Positions 15,387 to 24,934 of a stretch of 64,000 nt of DNA are shown here, one piece after another (position 1 is the first letter of the stretch; each line of letters begins with the position of its first letter). Location of the stretch: positions 1,540-65,539 of the forward strand of contig JAFDWF010000208.1 in NCBI GenBank assembly GCA_018268575.1, read 5' to 3'. This stretch comes from Actinomycetota bacterium (lineage in GTDB: Bacteria > Actinomycetota > Thermoleophilia > Solirubrobacterales > 70-9). The notes under the pieces are model-generated. The model searched no databases and was not told the DNA's origin. It saw only the letters and a list, made by a program, of their open reading frames with translations. The position numbers and the translations under genes are program-made.

Positions 15387-16213
15387 GCCTCGCCGGTGAA
15401 TTCGGCGATCGCCCGCTCGATCTTCTCCAGCCGCGGCTCGATCACGCTGAAGCCGGCGCTCGGCAGCCACCAGGAGACGCGACGGGTGCCGGCCTCGGCC
15501 AGCTCCTCGATCACCTCCGGCTTCGCCGGCGGCCCCATCGCCATGAAGTCGATCGGCCGCTCGGCCCGCGAGCGCAGCTCGGCGGCGCGGTCGAGGACGT
15601 CGGGGGTCCAGTTCGGGAACCAGGCGTCGCCGAAGGCGAGCACCCGATCGATCACCGTCGGCCCGTGCCCGCCGACCAGCACCGGCGGGTGCGGGCGCTG
15701 CACCGGCTTCGGCTCGCAGAGGATCCGCTCGAAGTCGACGAACTCGCCATGGAAGCTCGCCTCGCGCTCGGTCCAGATCGCCTTGATCGCTTCGACGCGC
15801 TCGGCGAAGAGGCGCATCCGCGTGCGCGGGTCGGTGCCGTGGTTGGCCATCTCCTCGCGGTTCCAGCCCGCGCCGACGCCGAACTCGAAGCGCCCGCCGG
15901 AGAGGACGTCGACGGAGGCGGCCTCTTTGGCGGTGATGATCGGATCGCGCTCGATCACCAGGGCGATGCCGCTGCCGACCCGCAGCCGGTTCGTCGCCAG
16001 CGCCGCCGCGGTGAGCGCGACGAAGAGGTCGAGCGTCGCCGTGTACTTGCGCGGCAGCTCGCCGCCGCCGGGGTAGGGCGACTCGCGGCTCGCCGGGATG
16101 TGGGTGTGCTCGGCGAAGACCAGCGACTCGAAGCCGCGCTCCTCGACGAAGGCGGCGAGCTCGCCCGGCCCGACCGCCTCGGCGGTGGGGAAATATCCGA
16201 TGCCGAAGTCCAC
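15383..16213 (-). CDS. LLM-class F420-dependent oxidoreductase
   Basis: Track ORF 15383..17614 was trimmed to GTG 16213 ('VDFGIGYFP...'). Luciferase-like monooxygenase blocks are present: 'ESLVFAEHTHIP', 'GGRFEFGVGAGWNREE' and 'PHPPVLVGG'. Confidence 0.85.
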   Translation of the reverse strand: MDFGIGYFPTAEAVGPGELAAFVEERGFESLVFAEHTHIPASRESPYPGGGELPRKYTATLDLFVALTAAALATNRLRVGSGIALVIERDPIITAKEAASVDVLSGGRFEFGVGAGWNREEMANHGTDPRTRMRLFAERVEAIKAIWTEREASFHGEFVDFERILCEPKPVQRPHPPVLVGGHGPTVIDRVLAFGDAWFPNWTPDVLDRAAELRSRAERPIDFMAMGPPAKPEVIEELAEAGTRRVSWWLPSAGFSVIEPRLEKIERAIAEFTGEA

Positions 16214-16222
16214 CCTGCCCGT

Positions 16223-17527
16223 ATGTTTAGCAACGTGAGCGACGCGGCGGCGACGATCGTCTTCTTCCCCGAGGGGGCGTTCGGCCCGACCAACAACTGC
16301 GTCGGCATCGGCGACGTGCTCCGCCGGCGCGGCCACCGCGTCGTCTTCATCGTCGAGGAGTCCTTCGCCGGGACGCTCGAGGCGCAGGGGTTCGAGGAGC
16401 GGACGATGCGGCTCACCCCGCCGCCGCAGACCGAGGAAGCGCCGGGGCAGTTCTGGAAGGACTTCATCCGCGACACCGCGCCGGTCTTCCGCAAGCCGAC
16501 GATCGACCAGCTCGGCGAGTTCATCGCGCCGACCTTCCAGGCGCTGATCGACGGCGCCAAGTACGTCGACGCCCAGCTGGTCGAGATCATCGGCGGGCTC
16601 GAGCCCGACCTGGTGGTCGAGGACAACGTCGTCACCTTCCCGGCGCTCTTCGCCGCCGGGGCGCCCTGGGCGCGGATCGCCTCCTGCAACCCGCTCGAGA
16701 TCAAGGACCCCGACCTGCCGCCGGTCTTCTCCGGCCTGGCGACCGAGGGCCGCTCCGGCTGGGAGGAGTTCTGGGACGCCTACCGCGCCGCCCACGCCGA
16801 GATGCACGCCGACTTCGACGAGTTCTGTCGCGAGCGCGGCGCCCCACCCCTCCCCCGCGACGACTTCATCCACGCCAGCCCGACGCTGAACCTCTACCTC
16901 TACCCCGAGGAGGTCGACTACCGGCGGCGCGAGCCGCTCGGCCCGACCTGGCACAACCTCGGGGCGAGCGTGCGGGCGACCGACCCCGACTGGCAGCTGC
17001 CCGACGAGCTGGTGGGTGGCGAGGGGGCACTCGTCTACCTCAGCCTCGGCTCGCTCGGCTCCGCCGACGTGGCGCTGATGCGGACCCTGGTGGCGGAGCT
17101 CGCCGAGGCGCCCTACCGCTTCGTCGTCTCCAAGGGCCCGCAGGCGGACGAGTTCGAGCTGGCGCCGAACATGGCCGGCGCCGAGTTCCTCCCCCAGACC
17201 TCGGTCCTCCCCCAGGTCGACCTGGTGATCACCCACGGCGGCAACAACACCGTCACCGAGTCGCTCTTCTTCGGCAAGCCGATGGTGGTGCTGCCGATCT
17301 TCTGGGACCAGCACGACAACGCGCAGCGGATCGAGGAGACCGGCTTCGGGATCCGGCTCGATACCTACGCCCACGGGGCGGACGAGCTGCGCACCGCGAT
17401 CGCCCGCCTGCTCGACGACGGCGACGTGGCCGACCGGCTCGCCAGGACCTCGCGGCGGCTGCAGAGCGCCCGCGGGACCGAGCTCGCCGCCGGCCTGATC
17501 GAGCGCGCCGCCCGCGGCGCGGACTGA
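16223..17527 (+). CDS. GT1-family glycosyltransferase (UDP-glycosyltransferase / MGT-like)
   Basis: Trimmed to ATG 16223. The C-terminal sugar-donor motif is 'VITHGGNNTVTESLFFGKPMVVLPIFWDQHDNA'. Confidence 0.85.
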   Translation: MFSNVSDAAATIVFFPEGAFGPTNNCVGIGDVLRRRGHRVVFIVEESFAGTLEAQGFEERTMRLTPPPQTEEAPGQFWKDFIRDTAPVFRKPTIDQLGEFIAPTFQALIDGAKYVDAQLVEIIGGLEPDLVVEDNVVTFPALFAAGAPWARIASCNPLEIKDPDLPPVFSGLATEGRSGWEEFWDAYRAAHAEMHADFDEFCRERGAPPLPRDDFIHASPTLNLYLYPEEVDYRRREPLGPTWHNLGASVRATDPDWQLPDELVGGEGALVYLSLGSLGSADVALMRTLVAELAEAPYRFVVSKGPQADEFELAPNMAGAEFLPQTSVLPQVDLVITHGGNNTVTESLFFGKPMVVLPIFWDQHDNAQRIEETGFGIRLDTYAHGADELRTAIARLLDDGDVADRLARTSRRLQSARGTELAAGLIERAARGAD

Positions 17528-17606
17528 CCTCCACGCATCCGCGCGGTACTGGTTCCACAGCTGTGACGTTCTGCGTGCCACGCGTGCGGATTCGCGACCT
17601 AGCGTC

Positions 17607-17999
17607 ATGCGCATGCCTTGGCCACCGCAAGTCGGCGAACTGCTCCCACGCTTTGACGAACCTGAAGGAATCGAACGAAGGTTGCGAGACTACGCCCTCG
17701 ATCTGTCACACGACCGCGGCGGGCCGAAGGCAAGAGGATTCCTGGTCATGCTTGGAATCGGACTGGATTCCATCGACTACCTCGAGCGTGTGATTCGCTC
17801 AGGCATAGCGACCACTTCAATCTCGGCGGTACGACCTCGCCCATCGGGTGAGAAGCGCTGCACGGTTCAGTTTCGAATAGCGGGACCCGATCGCTACAGT
17901 CACAGGACGGCATCGCTGAGGACGGTATGGGTGGTGGCCGGACCCGGAGCGCGGCCGCGCCTGGTCACGGCCTTCCTTCGAGGAAAGGAACGTCGATGA
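17607..17999 (+). CDS. DUF6883-like protein
   Basis: 130 aa in a lower-GC stretch. 'RLRDYALDLSHDRGGPKARGFLVMLG' resembles the K/R-L-x-D-Y-L-L-x(3)-H-x-x-G-G-x-K-A core of DUF6883, as recalled from memory. Confidence 0.55.
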   Translation: MRMPWPPQVGELLPRFDEPEGIERRLRDYALDLSHDRGGPKARGFLVMLGIGLDSIDYLERVIRSGIATTSISAVRPRPSGEKRCTVQFRIAGPDRYSHRTASLRTVWVVAGPGARPRLVTAFLRGKERR

Positions 18000-18214
18000 G
18001 CATCACGGGAACGGAGATCGGTGAACTCGACGTGGTCGTCCTGCTCAATTCGGTCGACGGGTGGCCGGTCGGGACCAAAGGAACGGTCGTCAGCGACGAC
18101 CCGGCCCTCAAACTCATCGAGGTATCCAACGAGCTCGGCGAAGCGATCGCCTTCCTCGATGTCCCACCGGAGCAGTTGCGGCTGGTCTGGAAGTGCCCGC
18201 CGCCGACCCGCTGA
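17996..18214 (+). CDS. DUF4926-like protein
   Basis: 72 aa. The start overlaps the upstream stop (ATGA). 'LDVVVLLNSVDGWPVGTKGTVVSD..ALKLIEVSNELGEAIAFLDVPPEQL' fits the small SH3-like DUF4926 pattern. Confidence 0.6.
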   Translation: MSITGTEIGELDVVVLLNSVDGWPVGTKGTVVSDDPALKLIEVSNELGEAIAFLDVPPEQLRLVWKCPPPTR

Positions 18215-18305
18215 AATCGCTGTCGATTATTTTCGCGGCGCTTCGTCGTCTCAGTAGCAAGCGGCGAGAAGCGACCTCGCCCGCAACTACCTGAAGGAGG
18301 ACATC

Positions 18306-18887
18306 ATGGGGAAGATCGTCGCCACCGAGTTCATCTCGCTGGACGGGGTGATCGAGGATCCAGGCGGGTCCGAGGACTACGTGCACGGCGGCTGGACCTT
18401 CGAGATCGACCGCGGTGAAGAGGGGGACAAGTTCAAGCTCGAGGAGCTCGAGGAGGCCGCCGCGCAGCTGCTCGGGCGGGTGACCTACGAAGGCTTCGCC
18501 GCCGCCTGGCCCGACCGCGAAGGCGACCCCCAGATGGGCGACTTCGCGAAGACGATGAACACGATGCCGAAGTACGTCTACTCGACCACGCTGGGGTCGG
18601 CCGATTGGCAGAACACGACCGTCCTCGCGGGCGACTTCGCCACCGACATCGCCAAGGTCAAGGAGGAGGTCGACGGCGTGATCCTCGTCGCCGGCTCCGC
18701 CCAGCTGGTCCAAGGGCTGATCGCCGCCGACCTGCTCGACGAGCTGCGGCTGATGGTCCTCCCGGTGGCCCTTGGCGGCGGCAAGCGGCTCTTCCCCGAG
18801 GACGGCCGCAAGGTCCCACTGACCCTGACCGACTCCCGCACGGTCGGCGCCGGCGTCCAGATCGTCACCTACGAGCGGGCCGCCTGA
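18306..18887 (+). CDS. Dihydrofolate reductase family protein (RibD C-terminal domain type)
   Basis: 193 aa with 'FISLDGVIEDPGG', 'LLGRVTYEGFAAAWP' and 'DELRLMVLPVALGGGKRLF'. Confidence 0.85.
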   Translation: MGKIVATEFISLDGVIEDPGGSEDYVHGGWTFEIDRGEEGDKFKLEELEEAAAQLLGRVTYEGFAAAWPDREGDPQMGDFAKTMNTMPKYVYSTTLGSADWQNTTVLAGDFATDIAKVKEEVDGVILVAGSAQLVQGLIAADLLDELRLMVLPVALGGGKRLFPEDGRKVPLTLTDSRTVGAGVQIVTYERAA

Positions 18888-18925
18888 GTGTCGACGGCGT
18901 CACGGCGAGACGCGGTGCCAGCGAC

Positions 18926-20527
18926 CTACCTACCGGTCTGTTCGTAGGTGTGCTGGTACTGCGTCTTTTCGCCGGTGCCGTAGATCGATTCGAAGGTGCC
19001 TTGCGCGTTGCAGGGTGGGGTCGGCGCGCCGGCGGTGCCCGACTGGCCGCCGAAGGCGTACTGCTTGACGTGGTTGAGAAGTTCTTCGGCTTCTTTGTGG
19101 AGTTCTTCCTGCGTCAGTTCGGTCGTTTCTTCTTTTTGCGTTTCGGTGTTGAATTTCGTCCTCGTCTTCGGGATGCGTTCGAGGAATGCTGACGATTCGG
19201 CGGTGGTCGGGTTCAGGGTCACCGAGCCGCCCGCCGTGCACTGACGCGTGTCGTAGCCGGGCAGCGAGCCGTTCTTCAGCAGCTCGGCCCAGCCGGGCGG
19301 GCTGTAGGGGCTGTTGCGGTTGTTGGCCAGCCGGGTCGGATAGGTGGAGAGCGTTTCGGCGGTGATCGGGCCGATCACGCGCAGGTAGTGCTGGCCGTTC
19401 ACCAGGCGCGCGTGGAAGGTCGTGGCGAGGTTGCCGAAGGTCGCGGCGACGTCCTTCTTGTAGAGACCGAGGCCGGTGACCAAGGGGTTCAGGTTGCGGA
19501 CGAGCGGTTCCGAGGCCCGCAGCAGCGGCGGGAAGTCGTCGCGGAAGAGCTTGCGCAGGGCCGAGAAGCCGCTCGGCGCCTCCTTCTCCACCGCGGGCAG
19601 CGCTTCGAAGAGCTGCTTCGTTTCCGGCGCCAGCTTGCCGAAGGCGACCAGCGTCGGCGAGAGTTCTTCGGCCACCGGCACCAGCTGCCTGGAGAGCGGG
19701 TCGGCGTTTTCGGCGAAGCCCTGCAGGCGGGCGATGGTGAGGCGCGACTCGTCCTGGAAGGTCGGGAAGGCGCGGAAGAGGGCTTCGATGTCCTGGTTGC
19801 GCGCCGCCGTCGTCTTGAACAGCTCGTTGGAGCTGCGGATCAGGTCGGCGAGCTGGCCTTCGCGGCCGCGCAGCGATTCGAACGTCTTCGCCCCGTTGCT
19901 GAACAGCTGCGCGACCGCGACCTTCTGGCTGTTGAGGACGCGGAAGAGGTTTTCGAATTGCTGGAAGGTCGGTTCGAGGTTGCCGATCGCGTAGGAGAGG
20001 TTCTGGCCCTGTCCTTCGATCGCCACCGCCGCTTCCTGCATCCAGGTCTGGAAGGCGCGGCGGGTACGCGGGTCGAAGGCCTGGAAGATCTCGTCGAGCT
20101 GCACCGATTCGGTCACCTGCGCCGCCGGCAGCGTGGCGCCGTCCTCGAGCGGCGGTTCGCCGCTCGAGCCCGGGGAGAGTTCGACGTAGGTCTCGCCGAG
20201 CAGCGTCTTCGTCCGCAGCATCGCCCGGGTCGAGGCGGGCAACGGCGCGTATTTGTCGTCGATGTTCAGCAGCGCCATCGCTTCCTTGCCCTTGGGCCCC
20301 AGTTCGATGCTTTCGACTTTGCCGACGTCGACGCCGGAGATCCGCACGTCGGACTGTTCGGCCAGCTGCGAGGCCTCGGTGAACGGCACCTTGACCTGGT
20401 AGCTCCTCGCTTTGAACGGGGTCGGCCCGCCGAAGGTGATCCAGAGGAAGAGCAGGATCCCGAAGCAGGACAGGGCGAAGGCGGTGATCGCGAGCAGCTG
20501 CGTGGTGCTGGGGGCGCGCTTGCTCAT
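18926..20527 (-). CDS. MCE/MlaD-family protein (6th of 6)
   Basis: 533 aa. An N-terminal TM segment is followed by an MlaD domain ('VRISGVDVGKVESIEL', 'LRTKTLLGETYVELSPG'). The start overlaps the upstream stop. Confidence 0.9.
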   Translation of the reverse strand: MSKRAPSTTQLLAITAFALSCFGILLFLWITFGGPTPFKARSYQVKVPFTEASQLAEQSDVRISGVDVGKVESIELGPKGKEAMALLNIDDKYAPLPASTRAMLRTKTLLGETYVELSPGSSGEPPLEDGATLPAAQVTESVQLDEIFQAFDPRTRRAFQTWMQEAAVAIEGQGQNLSYAIGNLEPTFQQFENLFRVLNSQKVAVAQLFSNGAKTFESLRGREGQLADLIRSSNELFKTTAARNQDIEALFRAFPTFQDESRLTIARLQGFAENADPLSRQLVPVAEELSPTLVAFGKLAPETKQLFEALPAVEKEAPSGFSALRKLFRDDFPPLLRASEPLVRNLNPLVTGLGLYKKDVAATFGNLATTFHARLVNGQHYLRVIGPITAETLSTYPTRLANNRNSPYSPPGWAELLKNGSLPGYDTRQCTAGGSVTLNPTTAESSAFLERIPKTRTKFNTETQKEETTELTQEELHKEAEELLNHVKQYAFGGQSGTAGAPTPPCNAQGTFESIYGTGEKTQYQHTYEQTGR

Positions 20528-21969
20528 TCTTCCTTTTCCTTCGATTCGCAGTGGCCGGATTCGGTCTTGAACGGGACCGGGATTTCCGTCTTGCGGGGAA
20601 CGTTCACCAGGTTGAGAAGGGTTTCGAGGTACGGCTTCCCAAGGCTGCGTTGGCTTGCCGCGAGGCCGTACCCGAGGTCCGCGCCGGTGCAGCTGATCAT
20701 CAGGATGCTGCGCAGCGCCGGGCCACTCGCGTCCTGGAGGCTGAAGGCGCTGTTCAGGTTGTGGTTTGCCCAGGGCAGGTAGAAGAGGTAGCTCTGCGCG
20801 GCGCCCTTCGGCTTGTAGGCGAGCTCGTTGAAGAACGAGTTGAGGCCGCCGAGGCTGTTGCCGAAGCTGGTGACGGTCTTTTCCAGCGGTTCGGAGCCGC
20901 GCCTGGCGGCGCTCAACAGCGGCCGGATTTCGCGGGTGAAGGGCCGCACGCCGTCCTTGATCGGCGCGGTCGTTTCGCGGAAGAGCTTCTCGGTCGCCTT
21001 GAAGGCCGGGGTCGAGGCCTGCGCCTGGGGGATCAGCTTGGTCAGCGTCGGCAGCGCCACCCGGGAGAATTCGTTCGAGCTCGCCAACCCTTCCCCCGCC
21101 GTGCGCAGCGTCTCCGGGAACCGTTCGAAGGCTTCTTCGAGCGCCCGCTGCTGGTTGGCGAAGCTGCCGAGCGCCTTGTCGGATTCGCTGACGAAGCTGC
21201 GCACCTGGGCGTCGTGCCTGCCCAGTTCGGTGGTCAGCTCGCCGAAGTCGTGGATCACCTTGGCCAGCGCTTCGCGCCGTTCGGCGATCGGCTTGTTCAG
21301 CTTGGCGACGTACTCGACGAAGGGCGCGAAGCGGCGCAGCGCGTTGCCGAGCTGCTTGCCGCGGCCGCCGATCCCCTGCGCCCCGCCCGCGACCAGCAGC
21401 TGGATGTACTGGCGGGTGTCGGCGTCGAGGCTGGCGAGGAACTGGTCGAGCTGGACGTTCGGTTCGGTCTGCGAGAGCCCGAAGACGTGCCCTTCCTTCA
21501 CCTCGCCGGTGCCGCTGCCCGGTTCGACCTCGACGATCATGTCGTTGAGCCCGGTTTTCGGCCGCAGCAGGAACTGCGCGTCGGGGTGGATCAGTTCCAT
21601 GTACTTCGGCTCGATCTCCATCCCGACCACCGCGTGGCCGTCTTCGAGGCTTACCGAGGCGACCTTGCCGATCTGGATCCCGGCGATGTCGACGGCCTGG
21701 CCCTGGCCCGGGGTGACCGCCTGGGCGGTGGTGAACTCGGCCGAGATGTGGTCGAATTCTTCACCGACGACGGGGAGCCACGACGGCAGCGACGCTTTCT
21801 GCTGGGTGAAGATCCCGAGCATCATCACGATCCCGACGAAGGCGAGGACGAGGATCGCGATCGTGTCGGTGCGGTGGCCGCGCGCCTGCCGGCTGATCCA
21901 GGCGCGGAAGTGGCCGAGGCGGCTGCGCCGTTCCGGGGTCGGGGTGGGTCTCGGCGCCTGGGCGCTCAA
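20524..21969 (-). CDS. MCE/MlaD-family protein (5th of 6)
   Basis: Trimmed to TTG 21969 (TTGA overlap with the upstream stop). It has a TM segment 'IAILVLAFVGIVMMLGIF' and an MlaD block 'VDIAGIQIGKVASVSL'. Confidence 0.85.
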   Translation of the reverse strand: MSAQAPRPTPTPERRSRLGHFRAWISRQARGHRTDTIAILVLAFVGIVMMLGIFTQQKASLPSWLPVVGEEFDHISAEFTTAQAVTPGQGQAVDIAGIQIGKVASVSLEDGHAVVGMEIEPKYMELIHPDAQFLLRPKTGLNDMIVEVEPGSGTGEVKEGHVFGLSQTEPNVQLDQFLASLDADTRQYIQLLVAGGAQGIGGRGKQLGNALRRFAPFVEYVAKLNKPIAERREALAKVIHDFGELTTELGRHDAQVRSFVSESDKALGSFANQQRALEEAFERFPETLRTAGEGLASSNEFSRVALPTLTKLIPQAQASTPAFKATEKLFRETTAPIKDGVRPFTREIRPLLSAARRGSEPLEKTVTSFGNSLGGLNSFFNELAYKPKGAAQSYLFYLPWANHNLNSAFSLQDASGPALRSILMISCTGADLGYGLAASQRSLGKPYLETLLNLVNVPRKTEIPVPFKTESGHCESKEKEE

Positions 21970-23483
21970 TGGACCACTCCGGCGGTCGAGGGGGAGGCGG
22001 GGCCGACCTGCCCGAGGCCGCCGTTCACGTCCGGAACCGGGTTCGTGTAGCAGCGCACTTCGGGCTTGAACGGGGGCTGGGCGCCGAGCTGAGGCTGCGT
22101 CCCCAGCGGGTTTTCGGCGACGTGCGAGTAGTTGATCTTGTCGCTCAGCTGATTGCCGTGGACGTTCGGTTCGCCGACCAGGATCGGGCCGGCGGCGATC
22201 TGCGCGTGAAGCATCGGCCCATTGCCGTCGTAGTTCTGAGCAGCGCCGGCGAAGTTGGTCAGGTCGTAGAGGAATTCGCGGTAGTTCGGCTGGCCGGTGC
22301 TGAACCGGTCTCCGATCACCTCGTTGCCGGTCGGCACCAGCACCTTCGAGGTGCAGAGGCTGAGCCGGTTGATCTGCGGCAGCGTGTTCGCCTTGCCCGC
22401 CTGCGCCACCCCGGCCAGGCCCGGCGTCGATTCGGCCAAGAGCTTCGCCGTGCCGCCGGCCTCCTTGCCGGAGAGCAGCGGGCGGACCTGGGCGAGCCAC
22501 GGTTTCGAGGCGCTGATCAGGCCGGGCAGCTCGGCCACCGCCGGGGTCAGCTCGATCGCGTAGGTGCGCAGCGGCGGCAGCGACTTGTCGAGGCTGACGA
22601 GGGAGCTGTGCGCGGTCTTCAGCGTCGGCGCCAGCAGGTGGACCGTGGTCGCCAGGTTTTCCGACTGGTTGGCGAGCGCCCCGGTGAAGGTGTCGAAGTT
22701 TTCGATCAGCCCTTCCAGGTCCGCCTGGTTGGCGGCGAAAGCGGATGCGGTGCGGGCCGTCCCGGCGACCATCCGGGCGAGGTCGCCCGGTTCGGTCCCG
22801 GTCAGCGCCTGGGTCACCTGGGCGCTGTACTTGCCGGCTGCGCCGCCGTACTGGAAGGCCCGGTTCAGCGCTTCGCCACCGGAGAGCCCGTGCACCTGGG
22901 GCAGCTGGCCGAGATCTTCGGCGGCGGTCGGTTCGTGGGTCAGCGCGGTGCCGTAGCTCTCCAGCAGCCGGCCGAGGTCGGCGCGGACCGGCGACTGCAG
23001 CGCGGTCAGCACTTGGTCGATCTGCACCGCGGTGGAGGTGTGACTGACCGGGATCGTCCCGCCACTCGCCAGTTCGGGCGAGCTCGGGCTGCCCGGGTCG
23101 AGTTCGACGAAGTAGTTGCCTTCGAGGAAGATCCGCGGCCGGATCGAGGCGAAGGCGTCCTCGTGGATCGGCCTGCCGGTGTCGTCGACGGTGAAGGTGA
23201 CCGTGGTCGCGTCGCCGTCGCGTTCGGAGCCGATCACTTTGCCGACTTCCACCCCCGCGATCCGCACCGGCGATTTCGGCGCGATGTTGGCCGAGTTGGC
23301 GAAGGTCGCCTTCAGTTCGTAGCCGTAGCTGGTGAAGGGGATGTGTTTGGTGAAGGCTATGTAGGGGCCGATCGTGAAGACGAGGATGAAGATCACCGCG
23401 ATCAGCCAGTTCGGCACCCGCTCGCGCCCGCGGCGGCGCGGCTTCCTCCCCGGGGCGGCTCTCTTCGGCGCGGGCGTGCTCAT
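21966..23483 (-). CDS. MCE/MlaD-family protein (4th of 6)
   Basis: 505 aa with a TM segment 'WLIAVIFILVFTIGPYIAF' and 'VRIAGVEVGKVIG'. Confidence 0.9.
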   Translation of the reverse strand: MSTPAPKRAAPGRKPRRRGRERVPNWLIAVIFILVFTIGPYIAFTKHIPFTSYGYELKATFANSANIAPKSPVRIAGVEVGKVIGSERDGDATTVTFTVDDTGRPIHEDAFASIRPRIFLEGNYFVELDPGSPSSPELASGGTIPVSHTSTAVQIDQVLTALQSPVRADLGRLLESYGTALTHEPTAAEDLGQLPQVHGLSGGEALNRAFQYGGAAGKYSAQVTQALTGTEPGDLARMVAGTARTASAFAANQADLEGLIENFDTFTGALANQSENLATTVHLLAPTLKTAHSSLVSLDKSLPPLRTYAIELTPAVAELPGLISASKPWLAQVRPLLSGKEAGGTAKLLAESTPGLAGVAQAGKANTLPQINRLSLCTSKVLVPTGNEVIGDRFSTGQPNYREFLYDLTNFAGAAQNYDGNGPMLHAQIAAGPILVGEPNVHGNQLSDKINYSHVAENPLGTQPQLGAQPPFKPEVRCYTNPVPDVNGGLGQVGPASPSTAGVVH

Positions 23484-24934
23484 TTGCCGCCGCCTTCCGA
23501 TCCGGATTCGCCGCCCTTGCTTTCTTCCTGACCGCCCTTGACTTCGACGGTCGAGGTGCTGAAGGTCTTCGGCGCTGGGCCGATCACGGTCTTGCCGCGA
23601 ACGTATTCCGCGTTCCCCGCTTCACAGCCGCGCGCCTGGCCCGGCGCCCCGGTCGCGGGCAGCGGGTTGTAGTGCAGGTGGTTGCGCGGTTCAGGCCCGT
23701 TGGCCGGCGCCGCCGCTTGGCCGGACTCGCTGTTCGGGCCTTCCGGCGGGGCGAAGGAGATGAAGTTGAGCCAGCGGCCGTACTGGTTCCCCTGGCCCGA
23801 GGCGCTGGCGATCTGATCGAAGGTTTCGGCGAAGTAGTTGCAGGTGGTCTGGGCGGGGGTGATGTAGCGGAGCGGGGCTTCGAGGTTCTTGTTCAGGTCG
23901 GTGAGCAACTGCAGCCCGGTCATCGTGCCTTCGGCGTCCTGGAAGGCGACCAGCGCTTCCGCCGTCGGCAGCAGCTGGTTGTTCAGCACCGGCGAGTTGT
24001 TCAGCGCCGGGATTCCGGCGCGCAGCGATGCGGCGATGATCGGCGAGGTTTCCGCCAGCGCCTTGGCCCCCGGCCGCAGGGCGGTGAAGAAGCGTGCGGT
24101 GTCGTGCAGGAAGGGGTTGATCCGCGGCAGGCCGGCGTTGACCGTTTCCAGGGTCGGCGGGCCTTTTTCGATCGTTTCTTCGATGTAGGGGCTGGAGACG
24201 TGGGCGAAGGCGGCGAAGGTCTGGTCGAGGACGGCGAACATGCTCGCCTGCTCCTGGGCCACCGGGGCGACCGTCGCCGAGAGGTCCTCGAGCGCGCGGA
24301 AGAAGCCGCCGAAGTTCGTTCCCGGGGCGACCAGGGTCGCCGCCGCCGGTTCGCCTTCTTCGACCAGGCCGCGCAGCGCCCCGAGCGCCTCGTTCAGCTG
24401 CGGGCCGCGACCGGCGAGCGCGTTGCCGAAGCCCGCCAGGTTGCGCTGGATCGCCGTCCGCGTCGGCGCGTTGAACATGTCGAAGAATTTGTCGATGTCC
24501 CCCGGTTCGGGCTTCGCATAACGGACCGGGATCGTTTCGCCGGCCTTGAAGCCGACGGTCGAGCTGCCCGGGGTGATCTGCAGGTACTTGAGGCCGAGCG
24601 GCGATTTCGGCCGCACCTCGATGGTCGAGTCGTTGGGCACCGGTTCGGCGCTCTTGTCGAGGCTGAGGGTGATTTCGGCCTCGACTTTGCCGTTCTTCAG
24701 CTGCACCGGCACCACCGACTTGACCACGCCGACGCGGGCGCCGCCGATCCGCACCTCGTTCGCTTTGACCAGCGCGTCGGCGTTCGGCAGCCGCGCCTTG
24801 AGGTCGTAGGTGGAGACGAAGGGCAGCCCGTTGTTGGCGTTGTAGGCGAGGAAGACGGCGACGATGATCACCAGCACGGTCACCGCGCCGACCAGCACCG
24901 GGCTCACCGCGAGGCCGCCGTTGCGGTTCCTCAT
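23480..24934 (-). CDS. MCE/MlaD-family protein (3rd of 6)
   Basis: Trimmed to ATG 24934 (ATGA overlap). It has a TM segment 'VLVGAVTVLVIIVAVFLAY' and 'VRIGGARVGVVKSV'. Confidence 0.9.
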   Translation of the reverse strand: MRNRNGGLAVSPVLVGAVTVLVIIVAVFLAYNANNGLPFVSTYDLKARLPNADALVKANEVRIGGARVGVVKSVVPVQLKNGKVEAEITLSLDKSAEPVPNDSTIEVRPKSPLGLKYLQITPGSSTVGFKAGETIPVRYAKPEPGDIDKFFDMFNAPTRTAIQRNLAGFGNALAGRGPQLNEALGALRGLVEEGEPAAATLVAPGTNFGGFFRALEDLSATVAPVAQEQASMFAVLDQTFAAFAHVSSPYIEETIEKGPPTLETVNAGLPRINPFLHDTARFFTALRPGAKALAETSPIIAASLRAGIPALNNSPVLNNQLLPTAEALVAFQDAEGTMTGLQLLTDLNKNLEAPLRYITPAQTTCNYFAETFDQIASASGQGNQYGRWLNFISFAPPEGPNSESGQAAAPANGPEPRNHLHYNPLPATGAPGQARGCEAGNAEYVRGKTVIGPAPKTFSTSTVEVKGGQEESKGGESGSEGGGK

